Notes: generated by a model from the sequence alone, not told the origin. A DNA stretch of 64,000 bases from an uncultured virus (IMG/VR IMGVR_UViG_3300021093_000051) (IMGVR_UViG_3300021093_000051:1-64000); one strand, 5' to 3'; positions 42,319-52,475 are shown, counted from the stretch's first letter. Made by a program: numbers and translations.

Positions 42319-42951
42319 ATGCAGTTTGATGAAAATAAATTAATCTCCTTAATGGAGAACTTTTCTGGAGCAAAGTTTCAATGGATCAAAACAAATCGAC
42401 CTGAACTGTTAGGTAAAGTCGTGACTTGTAGAAACATTGAACCTCGCGGAGATCGATTCTTTGCTCTATTTGATGATGGGTCAAGCGTAGACACCGCTCA
42501 GCTTAATACAAGTTTACTTATGATACATGGAGACATGCAACCTTTAAGCAAAGCCGAGGTCGAATCCATCGCTGGCCCAAGACGACCTTCTCCACAGCCG
42601 ACCGTTAAACCTAACTCTACCTCAGCTGGACCAGATCCAGCAGATACTCTTGAGCCTCGTCATTTTCAACCAGCTCAACCTCAAACTAACATGTTTGAAA
42701 TGTTTAATTCTGAGGAACGTAAGATTGATCTTCAAGTAACTATGAATTTACCTGAGAAAGATTTCTTAAAGATGATGTACAGCAATGCTAAAGACAAGGA
42801 AAAGTTTTTAAGTGAGTTATCTGATTATGTTTTTCGAGCGATAAATAAAACTGTAATACAGTCAGCTATCTCAGACATGGTGGTTCCACCAAAAACTCAG
42901 AGAAGCAAATCTGGACCTACTGTAAATATCACCGAGATCCATGAAGAATGA
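42319..42951 (+). CDS. Hypothetical protein
   Basis: Likely start MQFDENK at 42319. Confidence 0.6.
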   Translation: MQFDENKLISLMENFSGAKFQWIKTNRPELLGKVVTCRNIEPRGDRFFALFDDGSSVDTAQLNTSLLMIHGDMQPLSKAEVESIAGPRRPSPQPTVKPNSTSAGPDPADTLEPRHFQPAQPQTNMFEMFNSEERKIDLQVTMNLPEKDFLKMMYSNAKDKEKFLSELSDYVFRAINKTVIQSAISDMVVPPKTQRSKSGPTVNITEIHEE

Positions 42952-43498
42952 TCAGTTTAATCTAAAAGAAGAATATTCAGACGATAAGTTTAAAATTCTT
43001 AGTTTTACCGGAGAAAAGGGAAGCTTTAAAAGAATCTCATCATCAAGGGAAGCAATTTGTTTGCTTCCTTTTGATGTTAATGAAAACGATCAAATAAAAA
43101 ATGTATACTTAGCCAAGTATCATGACTATGTGCTAGACGGAGAAAACCATCGATGTATCACTACTACTCTTGAACCAGACGAGTTTAATACTTATCATGA
43201 ATCACTATCTCAGTGTATCGATCAGGAATTAGGATTAAATGATATCAATGTAAACGATATCTTCTACTTAGGTCAGATTCAACACACCGTGCCCTTTACT
43301 AAGACATATAAATGTTATGCAGTTAACTTGACTAATTATAGTGAGGATCCCACAGGGTTTACTGCAAAGCTGCTTAATCCTGAATCAAAGCTTCACTCGA
43401 TAGATAAAGTAAGATTTAGCAGAGTTATGAGAGGAGAAATATGTGATACTTTAACTCTTTCTTGTTCTATTTTATTACTCTCGTATATCTCTGAATAG
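42941..43498 (+). CDS. NUDIX-fold-like protein (degenerate)
   Basis: AICLLPF, CIDQELGL, YLGQI pattern; no canonical Nudix box. Confidence 0.4.
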   Translation: MKNDQFNLKEEYSDDKFKILSFTGEKGSFKRISSSREAICLLPFDVNENDQIKNVYLAKYHDYVLDGENHRCITTTLEPDEFNTYHESLSQCIDQELGLNDINVNDIFYLGQIQHTVPFTKTYKCYAVNLTNYSEDPTGFTAKLLNPESKLHSIDKVRFSRVMRGEICDTLTLSCSILLLSYISE

Positions 43499-43543
43499 AA
43501 CTTTTGCCCATTCTCTAGTAGAATATATTAAAACCGATTAATT

Positions 43544-44443
43544 ATGGCAAAGTCAACAAATGACGCAATCAACGCTTTTAATAAATTCAATGATCTATTA
43601 GAGAAAAAAGTAAAATCCAAAGTCACCCTAATGGGATTTTCCGACATTGATGATTATATTCCTACCGGTAATTATCTCCTAAATGCTCAGATCTCAGGAT
43701 CAGTCTTTGGAGGATATCCAAATACCAGAAGCATTGGAATCGCTGGAGATTCTGGAGCAGGCAAAACGTTTCTTTGTTTAAACGCAGTACGAGAACTTCA
43801 AAAGAAAAACTATTTTGTTTTCTATATCGACACTGAGGGTGCAATCGATCGTTCTGACTATACTAAATTTGGCGTAGACTTAGAGAAATTAAAATACCTT
43901 CGTATGGGTCTAATTAGCGATGTTAAGTTCTTTATCAATGACTTTATTGAAACGATGAGAGAGAATCCAGGATTAAAAGCTGCTATTTTTGTTGATTCAG
44001 TTGGGATGCTTGATACTGATAAGAGCAAGAGAGATATGGATGCCGGTAAAAACGCATCTGACATGGGACTTCGTTCTAAAGAGATGAGATCTCTATTCAA
44101 ATCATTTACTCTTGAATTATCTAACTTAAAGGTTCCATTCATCTTCACAAACCACACTTACGCCTGCTTTCCAGGAGAACAGTTAATTATTACTGAAAAC
44201 GGAACCACTAGAATAATGGATTTAAAAATAGGAGATCTAGTTGATACTTTAGAAGGATTTAAACCAGTTGAAAATATTTTTACATATGATAATGCTAATC
44301 TTCTAGAAATAGAATTTGAAGATGGGACAATAGTTAAATGCACACCAAATCATAAATTCTTAGTAAGCGAAGACTGGGAAAATGAAGAATCTTGGGTAGA
44401 AGCAATGGATTTAATTGAAGGTTCTGAAATAACCTGTAAATAA
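43544..44443 (+). CDS. uvsX: UvsX/RecA recombinase N-terminal fragment fused to split intein N-part
   Basis: Walker A GDSGAGKT, YIDTEGA, FVDSVG, FIFTNHTYA then intein block A CFPGEQ and block B CTPNHKF. Confidence 0.92.
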   Translation: MAKSTNDAINAFNKFNDLLEKKVKSKVTLMGFSDIDDYIPTGNYLLNAQISGSVFGGYPNTRSIGIAGDSGAGKTFLCLNAVRELQKKNYFVFYIDTEGAIDRSDYTKFGVDLEKLKYLRMGLISDVKFFINDFIETMRENPGLKAAIFVDSVGMLDTDKSKRDMDAGKNASDMGLRSKEMRSLFKSFTLELSNLKVPFIFTNHTYACFPGEQLIITENGTTRIMDLKIGDLVDTLEGFKPVENIFTYDNANLLEIEFEDGTIVKCTPNHKFLVSEDWENEESWVEAMDLIEGSEITCK

Positions 44444-44574
44444 AATAACATTTAAAAGATATGAAAAAGTTAAAAGTTAAATCAATTAAGAAAATCGAAT
44501 CAAGTAAAGTATATGATATTCAAGTAAAAGATGTACATCATTTTGTCTTAGATAACTCAGTAGTGACTCATAAT
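44165..44574 (+). mobile_element. Naturally split mini-intein (IntN 44165-44440, 92 aa; IntC 44461-44574, 38 aa)
   Basis: Cys1, TxNH block B, VYDIQV block F, terminal HN followed by Ser+1; halves separated by TAA, a 17-nt spacer and a new ATG in a different frame. Confidence 0.92.
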
Positions 44575-45156
44575 TCAATGGATCAATATACTCCAAAGGG
44601 AATGTCTGGCGGCGGAGGTCCTGAATTTTCTGCCTCAATCATCTTAATGTTGAGTAAAGGTACGCTAAGAGACGAGGCAAAGACTACTACTGGAATCATC
44701 GTAAGATCCAAGACCAGAAAGAATCGTTTAGCTAAACCAATCGACATTGAATTCCACATCTCATTCCATAAAGGTATGAATCAATATGTTGGTCTTGAAC
44801 AATTCGTAAATTGGGAAAACTGTGGAGTCGGTCGAGGAAATAAACTTACTGAAAAAGAGTTTTCTAAATTAAAAGCAGATGAGCAATCTCTCTGTTCAGA
44901 GTTTGAGGTAGAAGGCGAAAAATTTTATTTTCTACCTAAAAAGCTTGGAAAAAATTACGTCATTCGACATAATGGTGACCTAGTACCAATAAAAGAATTT
45001 TTCTCAGCTAGATTATTTACACAAGAGGTTCTAATGGAACTTGATGAAAAAATAATTAAACCGACCTTTAAATTTCCAGAAACTCAAGACGAGATCGATC
45101 TATTGGAGACTAGTGAACTTAACGACCTAAATGACGATGATGACTCTACGTTCTGA
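44461..45156 (+). CDS. uvsX: Split intein C-part fused to UvsX/RecA C-terminal fragment
   Basis: MKKLKVKSIKK...VYDIQV...VVTHN|SMDQYTPKGMSGGGGPEFSASII...KTRKNR. Confidence 0.92.
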   Translation: MKKLKVKSIKKIESSKVYDIQVKDVHHFVLDNSVVTHNSMDQYTPKGMSGGGGPEFSASIILMLSKGTLRDEAKTTTGIIVRSKTRKNRLAKPIDIEFHISFHKGMNQYVGLEQFVNWENCGVGRGNKLTEKEFSKLKADEQSLCSEFEVEGEKFYFLPKKLGKNYVIRHNGDLVPIKEFFSARLFTQEVLMELDEKIIKPTFKFPETQDEIDLLETSELNDLNDDDDSTF

Positions 45157-45472
45157 TCTTCCAATAAAATACTATTTGAATCTATATAATGAGGAGGGAC
45201 TAAGCGACGAGTTTACCCTCCTTTTTGAGATCCTACAGTACATAATAAAAGTCGCAAATTCTAAAGAAAAATCAATTGAACTAAAGACTCTTAAGTTTTC
45301 TTCTAAATCCTTAAAATATGTTTTTGGTGACAAAATTAAGGACGAAACCTTTAAAACATTTTTAGTTAAATCTTTAAAAAGTATGATCGGTGACGAATAT
45401 CTCATGGCTGAAGGTGACTTCATCTACTTTACAAAAAAAGGATTAACCCATTTTTACTTAACGAATGATTGA
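45131..45472 (+). CDS. Hypothetical protein
   Basis: ORF overlapping both neighbours. Confidence 0.55.
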   Translation: MTMMTLRSDLPIKYYLNLYNEEGLSDEFTLLFEILQYIIKVANSKEKSIELKTLKFSSKSLKYVFGDKIKDETFKTFLVKSLKSMIGDEYLMAEGDFIYFTKKGLTHFYLTND

Positions 45473-46949
45473 TTTTACAGAAAACATTGACTCTCTTGAA
45501 AAGATGGTTTGGAATTTTATCTTAAGTTCCGAAAATGACATAAATGACTTGCGTCCATCTAATCATGATTCGTTAAGAAGAGAGGAGCTGATCACCATGA
45601 TGAAGCCCAGTTATTTCAATGAAGACGATCGTCAAGAATCATTTAAAGCGGCAGCTAAGTTTTTTAAAGAATACGAAAAGATTCCAAATCGAAAGGAACT
45701 AAAGAGCTACTTGGAAGTTAGCAATATAAGTCTAAATGACGATGAGTTTGATGAATTGTATGCAGTTAGCTTAACTGAATACAATTATGACTATCTCTAT
45801 AAATACGTTAGATCATTTATTCTCTTAAGAAACCTAAACCTAACAGTCTTTGACTTGTTAACCTATTTAAAGACTACTCCAATCGATCCAGGGAACATCG
45901 ATAAGATCTCTGAAAAGATTAGAAACGATATAAGTAATAAGTTAGCACTAAACTTTTCTAGTGCGGATACTGGCCTAAATTTCTTTAATCCTGAATCTCA
46001 CATCCAGATCTCTAAGACGGGCAGCCCGACTGGCTTTCCTTTCTTAGATAAGGTACAGGGCGGTGGCTGGAATTCAAAAGCGCTAGTCGTTTTTCAAGGT
46101 CGACCTAAAGTCGGTAAGTCAATGGTTCTTGGAAATATTGCAGCCCGATCATTCTTAACCGGCAATGCGACCGGTTTAGTGACAGTTGAGTTAGCTGACC
46201 GCGCCTATATGAAACGAATCGGCTCAAATATTCTAAATATTAAATCTGAAGATTATTCTAGGATCACAGATGAGCGAGCTGCTCAACTGATTCAAAGCAA
46301 GATTCAAGAACTTAAGGACTCTGGCCAAACGGTCGGCGAATTAATTGTAAAGGAATTTCCGACCGGCGGTGCTACTGCCATTGACATTGAAAACTACTTT
46401 GTTCGACTTGAACAAAAAATGAATAAGAAATTTAAAGTGATTGTAGTAGATTACTTAAATCTCCTAAAACCAATCAATTCTCAAAATGGTCTATACGAAA
46501 AGATTAAAGCCATCTCTGAGGAACTTAGAGGAGTGGCAATGAGAAATGAATGGTGTATCGTTAGTGCAACTCAAATTCGTAGAGAAGATATTGATAACTT
46601 TGACCTAGGCATGGATTCAGTTGCTGAATCATTTGGTCTCATTCATACGGTTGACTCTCTATTTGGGCTTATGCGAAGTCCGCTTGAGAGTAGAATGAAG
46701 ATTAAGGTGATTGCTAATCGAGATAACGGCTATGAAGAGAGCTATAAGTTCTATACGATGCACAAAGACTATTTTAGGTTATCTGAGGAAGTCGGTCAAA
46801 ACAGTGAATTCTATAGCGACGATGAGGAAGTAAGCCGAATGGCCGATGAATTGAGATCAGAGTATTCTGAGATAAATAAAGCATCAGCTGAACCCGTGTC
46901 AAGCATTCCAATTGAAGACGATTATGACGCTCTCTTCAATTCAATATAA
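45465..46949 (+). CDS. Replicative DNA helicase, T4 gp41/DnaB-like
   Basis: GRPKVGKS Walker A, VKEFPTG, VVDYLNL, ISEELRG, SATQIRR, AESFG. Confidence 0.92.
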   Translation: MIDFTENIDSLEKMVWNFILSSENDINDLRPSNHDSLRREELITMMKPSYFNEDDRQESFKAAAKFFKEYEKIPNRKELKSYLEVSNISLNDDEFDELYAVSLTEYNYDYLYKYVRSFILLRNLNLTVFDLLTYLKTTPIDPGNIDKISEKIRNDISNKLALNFSSADTGLNFFNPESHIQISKTGSPTGFPFLDKVQGGGWNSKALVVFQGRPKVGKSMVLGNIAARSFLTGNATGLVTVELADRAYMKRIGSNILNIKSEDYSRITDERAAQLIQSKIQELKDSGQTVGELIVKEFPTGGATAIDIENYFVRLEQKMNKKFKVIVVDYLNLLKPINSQNGLYEKIKAISEELRGVAMRNEWCIVSATQIRREDIDNFDLGMDSVAESFGLIHTVDSLFGLMRSPLESRMKIKVIANRDNGYEESYKFYTMHKDYFRLSEEVGQNSEFYSDDEEVSRMADELRSEYSEINKASAEPVSSIPIEDDYDALFNSI

Positions 46950-46963
46950 AATAATGATTATGA

Positions 46964-47503
46964 ATGAGTCAGGAAGAAATAGAAGAACAGTTCGAAGATC
47001 AGGTCAGAGAGGACAAGATCTTCAATAATAGTTACTATAACGGTGATAAATTAAAAGATTCTGAAGACTATGAGTTTTCAAAAAAGATATCGGTCTCTGC
47101 TGATTACTCAGATAACTATCTAAAGGATCTATATGATTATGAGGAACAACTAGATTCAAAGTTTATATTAGACATGATCTTTGATTTTTTAAAAACCGAT
47201 GAAGTATTAAGTAAATACGTTACTAACTTGACCAGTGATTCGTCTGTGTCTAAAGTAAAGTTTTCAAAGGAGGACATTAACCTACTTTTTAATCGAGTTC
47301 ATGAAAACATAGACCTTGCCAATCAAGGAATAGCTTTTTATAGTCCTATTTATATTCTTGAAGTGATCTCATCGATTTCTTCGATGGAATATAAAAAGAT
47401 CTTTGATTCACTGGAAACAGATGTTCAGGAGATCCTGATCCTTGAATTAAATAAGAAGTATAAGTTTCTAGAAGGAAAAATGAATAAAAAAAGAATACAC
47501 TAA
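46964..47503 (+). CDS. Hypothetical acidic protein
   Basis: ORF in the replication operon. Confidence 0.6.
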   Translation: MSQEEIEEQFEDQVREDKIFNNSYYNGDKLKDSEDYEFSKKISVSADYSDNYLKDLYDYEEQLDSKFILDMIFDFLKTDEVLSKYVTNLTSDSSVSKVKFSKEDINLLFNRVHENIDLANQGIAFYSPIYILEVISSISSMEYKKIFDSLETDVQEILILELNKKYKFLEGKMNKKRIH

Positions 47504-47727
47504 TGGTTTGGATTAAATTTTCACACTCCAGTGGAGCAGCTCACATTAATCTTGAGCAAACATATTTGATCACTAGAAATAGCTCAACTCAAATACAGTT
47601 CACCGACTCTGCCTCAAACAATACGATCTACTCCTTTTCAACATCCGCTGATGCTGATCTTCTTCTAAAAAAGATAAATCGGGTTGCTAAAATAATAGAT
47701 ATTGACCAGCTAGCTAATCAGGGATGA
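47503..47727 (+). CDS. Hypothetical protein
   Basis: Coupled ORF. Confidence 0.55.
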   Translation: MVWIKFSHSSGAAHINLEQTYLITRNSSTQIQFTDSASNNTIYSFSTSADADLLLKKINRVAKIIDIDQLANQG

Positions 47728-48833
47728 AATTAGAAGGAATTAGGAGAATATTTGTCCTAGGAGATCTCCATTTAGGAGTAAGAAACAATTCAGTAGAGTG
47801 GTCAGAAATACAATCTGACTTTTTAATAAAGGAATTCTTAAATAAGATTAACGAAGAAGAATTTGATCCTAAGACTGATATACTTGTACAAGTAGGAGAT
47901 TGGAACCACGTCAGAGAATCAACAAATGTTCGAATATATAAGCTTTCTCTAAAAATAGCCGAAGAACTCACTAAAAAGTTTAAAAGAGGAGTTTTTGTGA
48001 TCTTAGGTAATCATGACGTATATTATAAGGACAGAACTGATACTCACTCTTTGGAAGGATTTAGCAAAATCTATCCAAACTTTCAAGTTTATGAAAAACC
48101 TGAGATCCTTACCATTAATTCCCATAAGTTCTTAATGCTTCCTTGGATCGAGAATCTAAATGAACTTAAGTCTCAAGTAAAGTCTTATGGCTCAGCAAAA
48201 TATGCTTTTTGTCATGCGGATTTCAAGGGATTTAATTTCAATAAGGTTCAAAAGCTTGAACATGGGTTGGAACAAGAGGACATTCAATCATATAAAAGAA
48301 TATACTCTGGACATATTCATATTCGACAAGAGAAGGGAAACGTTCTCTATGTCGGTACTCCATATCAAATGGATCGTGGAGACAGGGGTAATGACAAAGG
48401 ATTCTATGTGTTAGACGTTAGTGGAGCCGATGTGCAAGAAAAATTCGTGCTCAATACGTTTTCACCAAAGTACGTAAAGTTTGATGTCACCGATCTCTTG
48501 AATCTTACGTCAACTGAGATAACCTCACTATTCCATAATAATTTTGTTGACATCTTACTTGAGTCTGATTTTTCAAAAAAGTTTCCAATCTCTCAGTTTA
48601 CAGAATTGGTAAAAAAGTTTGGACATCGTCATCTTGAGTTCGGCTCCTATTCAAAAGAACAGTTAAAGGAACGTAGTGAGATAGAAATCAATTCAAACTA
48701 TGAATATAACGTGTTTACGATACTTGATGAAAGAATAAAGAGCATGAATCTGCCTTTTATTCAAGCCAAGGAGATAACCGACAGATTTAAAGAGATTTAT
48801 GATTCACTAAGAAATACCAAACAATACGACTAA
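47724..48833 (+). CDS. Recombination endonuclease, gp47/Mre11/SbcD-like
   Basis: GDLHLG, VGDWNH, LGNHD, SGHIH metallophosphoesterase motifs. Confidence 0.92.
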   Translation: MKLEGIRRIFVLGDLHLGVRNNSVEWSEIQSDFLIKEFLNKINEEEFDPKTDILVQVGDWNHVRESTNVRIYKLSLKIAEELTKKFKRGVFVILGNHDVYYKDRTDTHSLEGFSKIYPNFQVYEKPEILTINSHKFLMLPWIENLNELKSQVKSYGSAKYAFCHADFKGFNFNKVQKLEHGLEQEDIQSYKRIYSGHIHIRQEKGNVLYVGTPYQMDRGDRGNDKGFYVLDVSGADVQEKFVLNTFSPKYVKFDVTDLLNLTSTEITSLFHNNFVDILLESDFSKKFPISQFTELVKKFGHRHLEFGSYSKEQLKERSEIEINSNYEYNVFTILDERIKSMNLPFIQAKEITDRFKEIYDSLRNTKQYD

Positions 48834-50503
48834 TGAGACTGACTGAATTTTCATATCGCAACATCTTATCATACGGCAATAAAATACAGACATTTAAGTT
48901 TGATGATAATCCAGGACTCATCTTAGTTGAGGGAGAAAACGGTGCCGGTAAATCTTCCATTAAGGAAGCACTAACCGTTTCAGTATACGGCCGATCAGCT
49001 ATTCGAAAAATAAAAGACATTCCCAATTGGATCAATCGTAATGCATACACAAACGTAAAGTTTGTGACTAATTCTGGTGAGCAGATTGAGCTGACTCGAG
49101 GAATAGATCCAAACTTTAGCGATATCAAGATAAACGGTGCTCAATTTAACTTGCCCGATAAGAGAAAAGTAGATGAGTTTATCGAAGACGAATTAGCTAG
49201 AATACCTTTTACAGTCTTTTGTAATACCATAAGTCTTTCGTTTGATGATTTTAAATCATTCGTCAGTCTAAGCAAAGACGATAAGCGAAAAATAGTAGAT
49301 CGAATATTTGGCATTGACATACTATCTGACATGAGATCCAAAGTTAAAGAACAACTTCGAGATAATAAATCAGAAATCGATATAATTTCAGCAACTCTAA
49401 AAACTGGTCAAACTAACTTAGACTCGTATGCGACCCAATTAGCTTCTTTAAAGGAAAAATTAGCTAAAAAGAAGGAAGAGATCACCGATCGACTTATTCT
49501 CGATATTGAGAGTAAGAAGAAGGAGGTTGATTCTGCTCTACTTACTAAAAATGAATATCGAGAAAAGGTTTCAGCAAAGAGTAAAGAGAGCACCGTTGCA
49601 CAACAGGAATTAGCCAAAACAAAATCAGATATTCGAGACCTTAATACTAAGCTTTTAATCTATGCTAAGAATAGGTGTCCTCACTGTTTAAATGATCTAA
49701 AATCTGATTCTTCAATTGAGATAAAAGAAAAAATTAAGTCTAAAATCAAGAGTTTAGAAACAAGCCTAGAAGATCAAAAAAAGGTCGCTGACTCTCTAAA
49801 CGAAGAATCTACTCTACTCTTACTTGGTCAGAGCGACATTGACTCCAACTATTCTGATCTCAAAGCAGAATTACAATCTCTTGAAAGAGAACTTAAGTCT
49901 GCCCAACAAAATGATGATTCTGATGAAATAGATTCTGTCTCTTCGATAATCAGTAGCCTGACTTCTCAAATAGAGCAAGAAGCGATTCAGCTTTCTAAAT
50001 TAAATGAGACTCGATCCATCTACCTAAGTCTAGACGATCTTCTTTCTGATTCTGGAATAAAAAGAGACATGATCGATAAAATCATTCCTACTCTAAACGC
50101 AAGGATACTTGATATTTCTGAAAAACTAGAATTTAAGTTTTCATTTGAGTTCGATAATGAGTTTGATCCTCACATCACATACTTAGGCATGCAGATCTCC
50201 CCAGAAAGTCTCTCTAGCGGCCAGCGAAAAAAGATGAACTTGATCGTGCTATTGGCTTTTATCGAAATAATCAAGATGAAACACAGTACCATAAATGTGA
50301 TGTTCCTAGATGAGATTTTTAGTTCATTAGATAAAACAAACGTGTATCGTGCCATCTCAATATTAAAAGATTATTCTACAAAATATGGCTTGACCATCTT
50401 TGTGGTCTCACATGAGGCTCTGCCAGAAGAATTATTTGACAGTAAAGTTCAAGTCTCTCAAAAGGATCACTTTTCAGAGATGACTATCATCAAATCCTCT
50501 TAA
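48833..50503 (+). CDS. Recombination ATPase, gp46/Rad50/SbcC-like
   Basis: GENGAGKS, coiled coil with CPHC hook, LSSGQ signature, FLDEIF. Confidence 0.93.
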   Translation: MRLTEFSYRNILSYGNKIQTFKFDDNPGLILVEGENGAGKSSIKEALTVSVYGRSAIRKIKDIPNWINRNAYTNVKFVTNSGEQIELTRGIDPNFSDIKINGAQFNLPDKRKVDEFIEDELARIPFTVFCNTISLSFDDFKSFVSLSKDDKRKIVDRIFGIDILSDMRSKVKEQLRDNKSEIDIISATLKTGQTNLDSYATQLASLKEKLAKKKEEITDRLILDIESKKKEVDSALLTKNEYREKVSAKSKESTVAQQELAKTKSDIRDLNTKLLIYAKNRCPHCLNDLKSDSSIEIKEKIKSKIKSLETSLEDQKKVADSLNEESTLLLLGQSDIDSNYSDLKAELQSLERELKSAQQNDDSDEIDSVSSIISSLTSQIEQEAIQLSKLNETRSIYLSLDDLLSDSGIKRDMIDKIIPTLNARILDISEKLEFKFSFEFDNEFDPHITYLGMQISPESLSSGQRKKMNLIVLLAFIEIIKMKHSTINVMFLDEIFSSLDKTNVYRAISILKDYSTKYGLTIFVVSHEALPEELFDSKVQVSQKDHFSEMTIIKSS

Positions 50504-50560
50504 AGTTATAAAATATCGAAACTTTTTAATCATTACTTGTATAAAAATAAAAACTAAGTT

Positions 50561-51430
50561 ATGGTAATAATTCAATCTGAGACATTTGCAGCAGTCTATG
50601 AAGAACTGTTGCATGAATTAATCAATGAACCCGAATATGTGACTCAGCCTCGGGACATGAAGATCAATGAGATCTGTGATGTTGCTCTAGTTATCGAAAA
50701 TCCTCTTTCTTGTCTCTATACTAATGAATTTAGGTCTTCTCAATTCAAGTACATTGCTGCTGAATTCTTATGGTATTTCATGGGTAGAAACGACGTTGAA
50801 TATATCTCAAAATTTGCAAAGTTTTGGGAATCCATTAAAAACGATGATGATACAGTAAACTCATCATACGGTTACCTTCTCTTTAATAACAAGAATGAGC
50901 ATGGTGTTACCCAATACCACTGGGCATTAGAATCATTAACACAAGATAAAGATTCACGACAGGCTGTCCTGCACTTTAATCTGCCCATTCATCAAAGGTC
51001 AGGCAATAGGGATTTTGTGTGCACAATGTATGGCATCTTTCAGATTAGAGATAATCGACTTAATTTCACTGTAAGCATGCGAAGTAATGACGTCATTCTA
51101 GGGCTACCGACAGATATCGCATTTTTTGCAATCTTACAATCGCAGATGCTTAATCATCTTCGTCACAATGCAGGTTATCCTGAATTGGAATTAGGTACTT
51201 ATACTCACATCTCTAATTCCTCCCACATCTATGAACGTCATTTTGATATTGCAAAAAAGATGATTACTCGTAAATTTGAGTCAGTAGAGATTCCTAAAGT
51301 TGACTTAGACTTAATTAATATTAAAGGCACCCCGACTCTAAACCTTAAGTCCCTATTCGATAGTCAAGACGAATCTGTCGAATTGACTGATCCGTTATAT
51401 GACTGGATTCTTAAAAACATAAATTTATGA
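50561..51430 (+). CDS. Thymidylate synthase-fold enzyme, probably dCMP hydroxymethylase/methylase (T4 gp42-like)
   Basis: DSRQA, DFVCT, MRSNDVILGLPTD, SSHIYERHF; Asp at the position that is Asn in dUMP-specific ThyA. Confidence 0.75.
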   Translation: MVIIQSETFAAVYEELLHELINEPEYVTQPRDMKINEICDVALVIENPLSCLYTNEFRSSQFKYIAAEFLWYFMGRNDVEYISKFAKFWESIKNDDDTVNSSYGYLLFNNKNEHGVTQYHWALESLTQDKDSRQAVLHFNLPIHQRSGNRDFVCTMYGIFQIRDNRLNFTVSMRSNDVILGLPTDIAFFAILQSQMLNHLRHNAGYPELELGTYTHISNSSHIYERHFDIAKKMITRKFESVEIPKVDLDLINIKGTPTLNLKSLFDSQDESVELTDPLYDWILKNINL

Positions 51431-51618
51431 AAAAAACGATACCGCCTATCATCCTAGCTGTATTTAAGTTACTTGTAACTGCTCTTGTTTGTTATTTCCT
51501 ATATGATTGGAATGAATTATCAAAAGTATTCGGTGCACCAATTAATTACAATCAATGGGTAGCAATAGTTGCGATCGCCAACCTATTCATGCCAGACATG
51601 CTTAATAAATCTAGATAA
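51427..51618 (+). CDS. Small membrane protein (2 TM)
   Basis: Two hydrophobic segments. Confidence 0.55.
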   Translation: MKKTIPPIILAVFKLLVTALVCYFLYDWNELSKVFGAPINYNQWVAIVAIANLFMPDMLNKSR

Positions 51619-51622
51619 CAGG

Positions 51623-52042
51623 ATGACGAATAAGGATCTTAAATATCACATCACCTATCTAAAGATGGCAACTGAATGGTCTAATCTTTCTTGTTGTAAA
51701 CGTAAGAAGGTAGGTGCGTTAATCGTTAAGGACGGTACAATCATCTCAGACGGGTTTAACGGCACCCCAAAGGGTTTTCCAAACGATTGCGAAGACGCAA
51801 ATGGAGACACCAATTGGTATGTGCTACATGCTGAGGCCAATGCAATGATGAAGGTGACTCGATCCACACAGAGCACAGATGGTGCCACTCTCTATGTGAC
51901 CTATTCTCCATGTAAAGAGTGTTCAAAACTAATCATTCAAGCTGGCATAAAACTAGTAATTTATCGTGAAACATATAGGGATGTTTCCGGTATCACGATA
52001 TTACGCGCAGCTAACATCGACGTGGTAAAATTAGACATATAA
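51623..52042 (+). CDS. dCMP deaminase
   Basis: KVGALIV, GFNGTP, HAEANA, SPCKEC. Confidence 0.92.
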   Translation: MTNKDLKYHITYLKMATEWSNLSCCKRKKVGALIVKDGTIISDGFNGTPKGFPNDCEDANGDTNWYVLHAEANAMMKVTRSTQSTDGATLYVTYSPCKECSKLIIQAGIKLVIYRETYRDVSGITILRAANIDVVKLDI

Positions 52043-52441
52043 ATGGAAAAGAGAAAGATATCGATCGTTTTTGTTAAGGACTATAAAAGCTTTATCTTGA
52101 CATTTAGTCGAAAGGATCGTAGCGATTATATTCTAAACGTAAGCAAGCTAATCAAAGATAAGTTTAGTACAAAATTTATTGTTCCAAATAAGGTGCAGTC
52201 TTTCCTGCTAAATTATGAGATCAAGAAACTATTAGACAAGGCGATTAGCGTAAAAAACGAAAAATACGGTCGAATAATCTACTTAAACTCAAACCTTTCT
52301 AAATCAGCTGTCTTAAATACGATAGATTTTATCACTAGCGAATATCCAGAATTTGAATTTAAGTATAGCATAATCCTCTCGCCAAACGATCCGGACCCAT
52401 TAGACCTTCCTATTGATATTGTCTCAACAATAACTATATAA
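52043..52441 (+). CDS. Hypothetical protein
   Basis: Coupled ORF. Confidence 0.55.
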   Translation: MEKRKISIVFVKDYKSFILTFSRKDRSDYILNVSKLIKDKFSTKFIVPNKVQSFLLNYEIKKLLDKAISVKNEKYGRIIYLNSNLSKSAVLNTIDFITSEYPEFEFKYSIILSPNDPDPLDLPIDIVSTITI

Positions 52442-52444
52442 AAC

Positions 52445-52472
52445 AAAAAACCTCATATTGCTATGAGGTTTG
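52445..52472. terminator. Bidirectional terminator
   Basis: AAACCTCATA-TTGC-TATGAGGTTT between convergent genes. Confidence 0.75.
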
Positions 52473-52475
52473 TAA

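Noticed and set aside
41738..42951. ORFs after polB as the missing polymerase C-terminal half
   Set aside because: None of the track ORFs here contains motif B (KxxxNSxYG) or motif C (DTDS).
44441..44460. Stop-codon readthrough or alternative genetic code joining the two uvsX halves
   Set aside because: The stop is TAA and the second ORF is in another frame (17-nt gap). Other genes end normally at TAG/TGA and are full length, so there is no sign of recoding.
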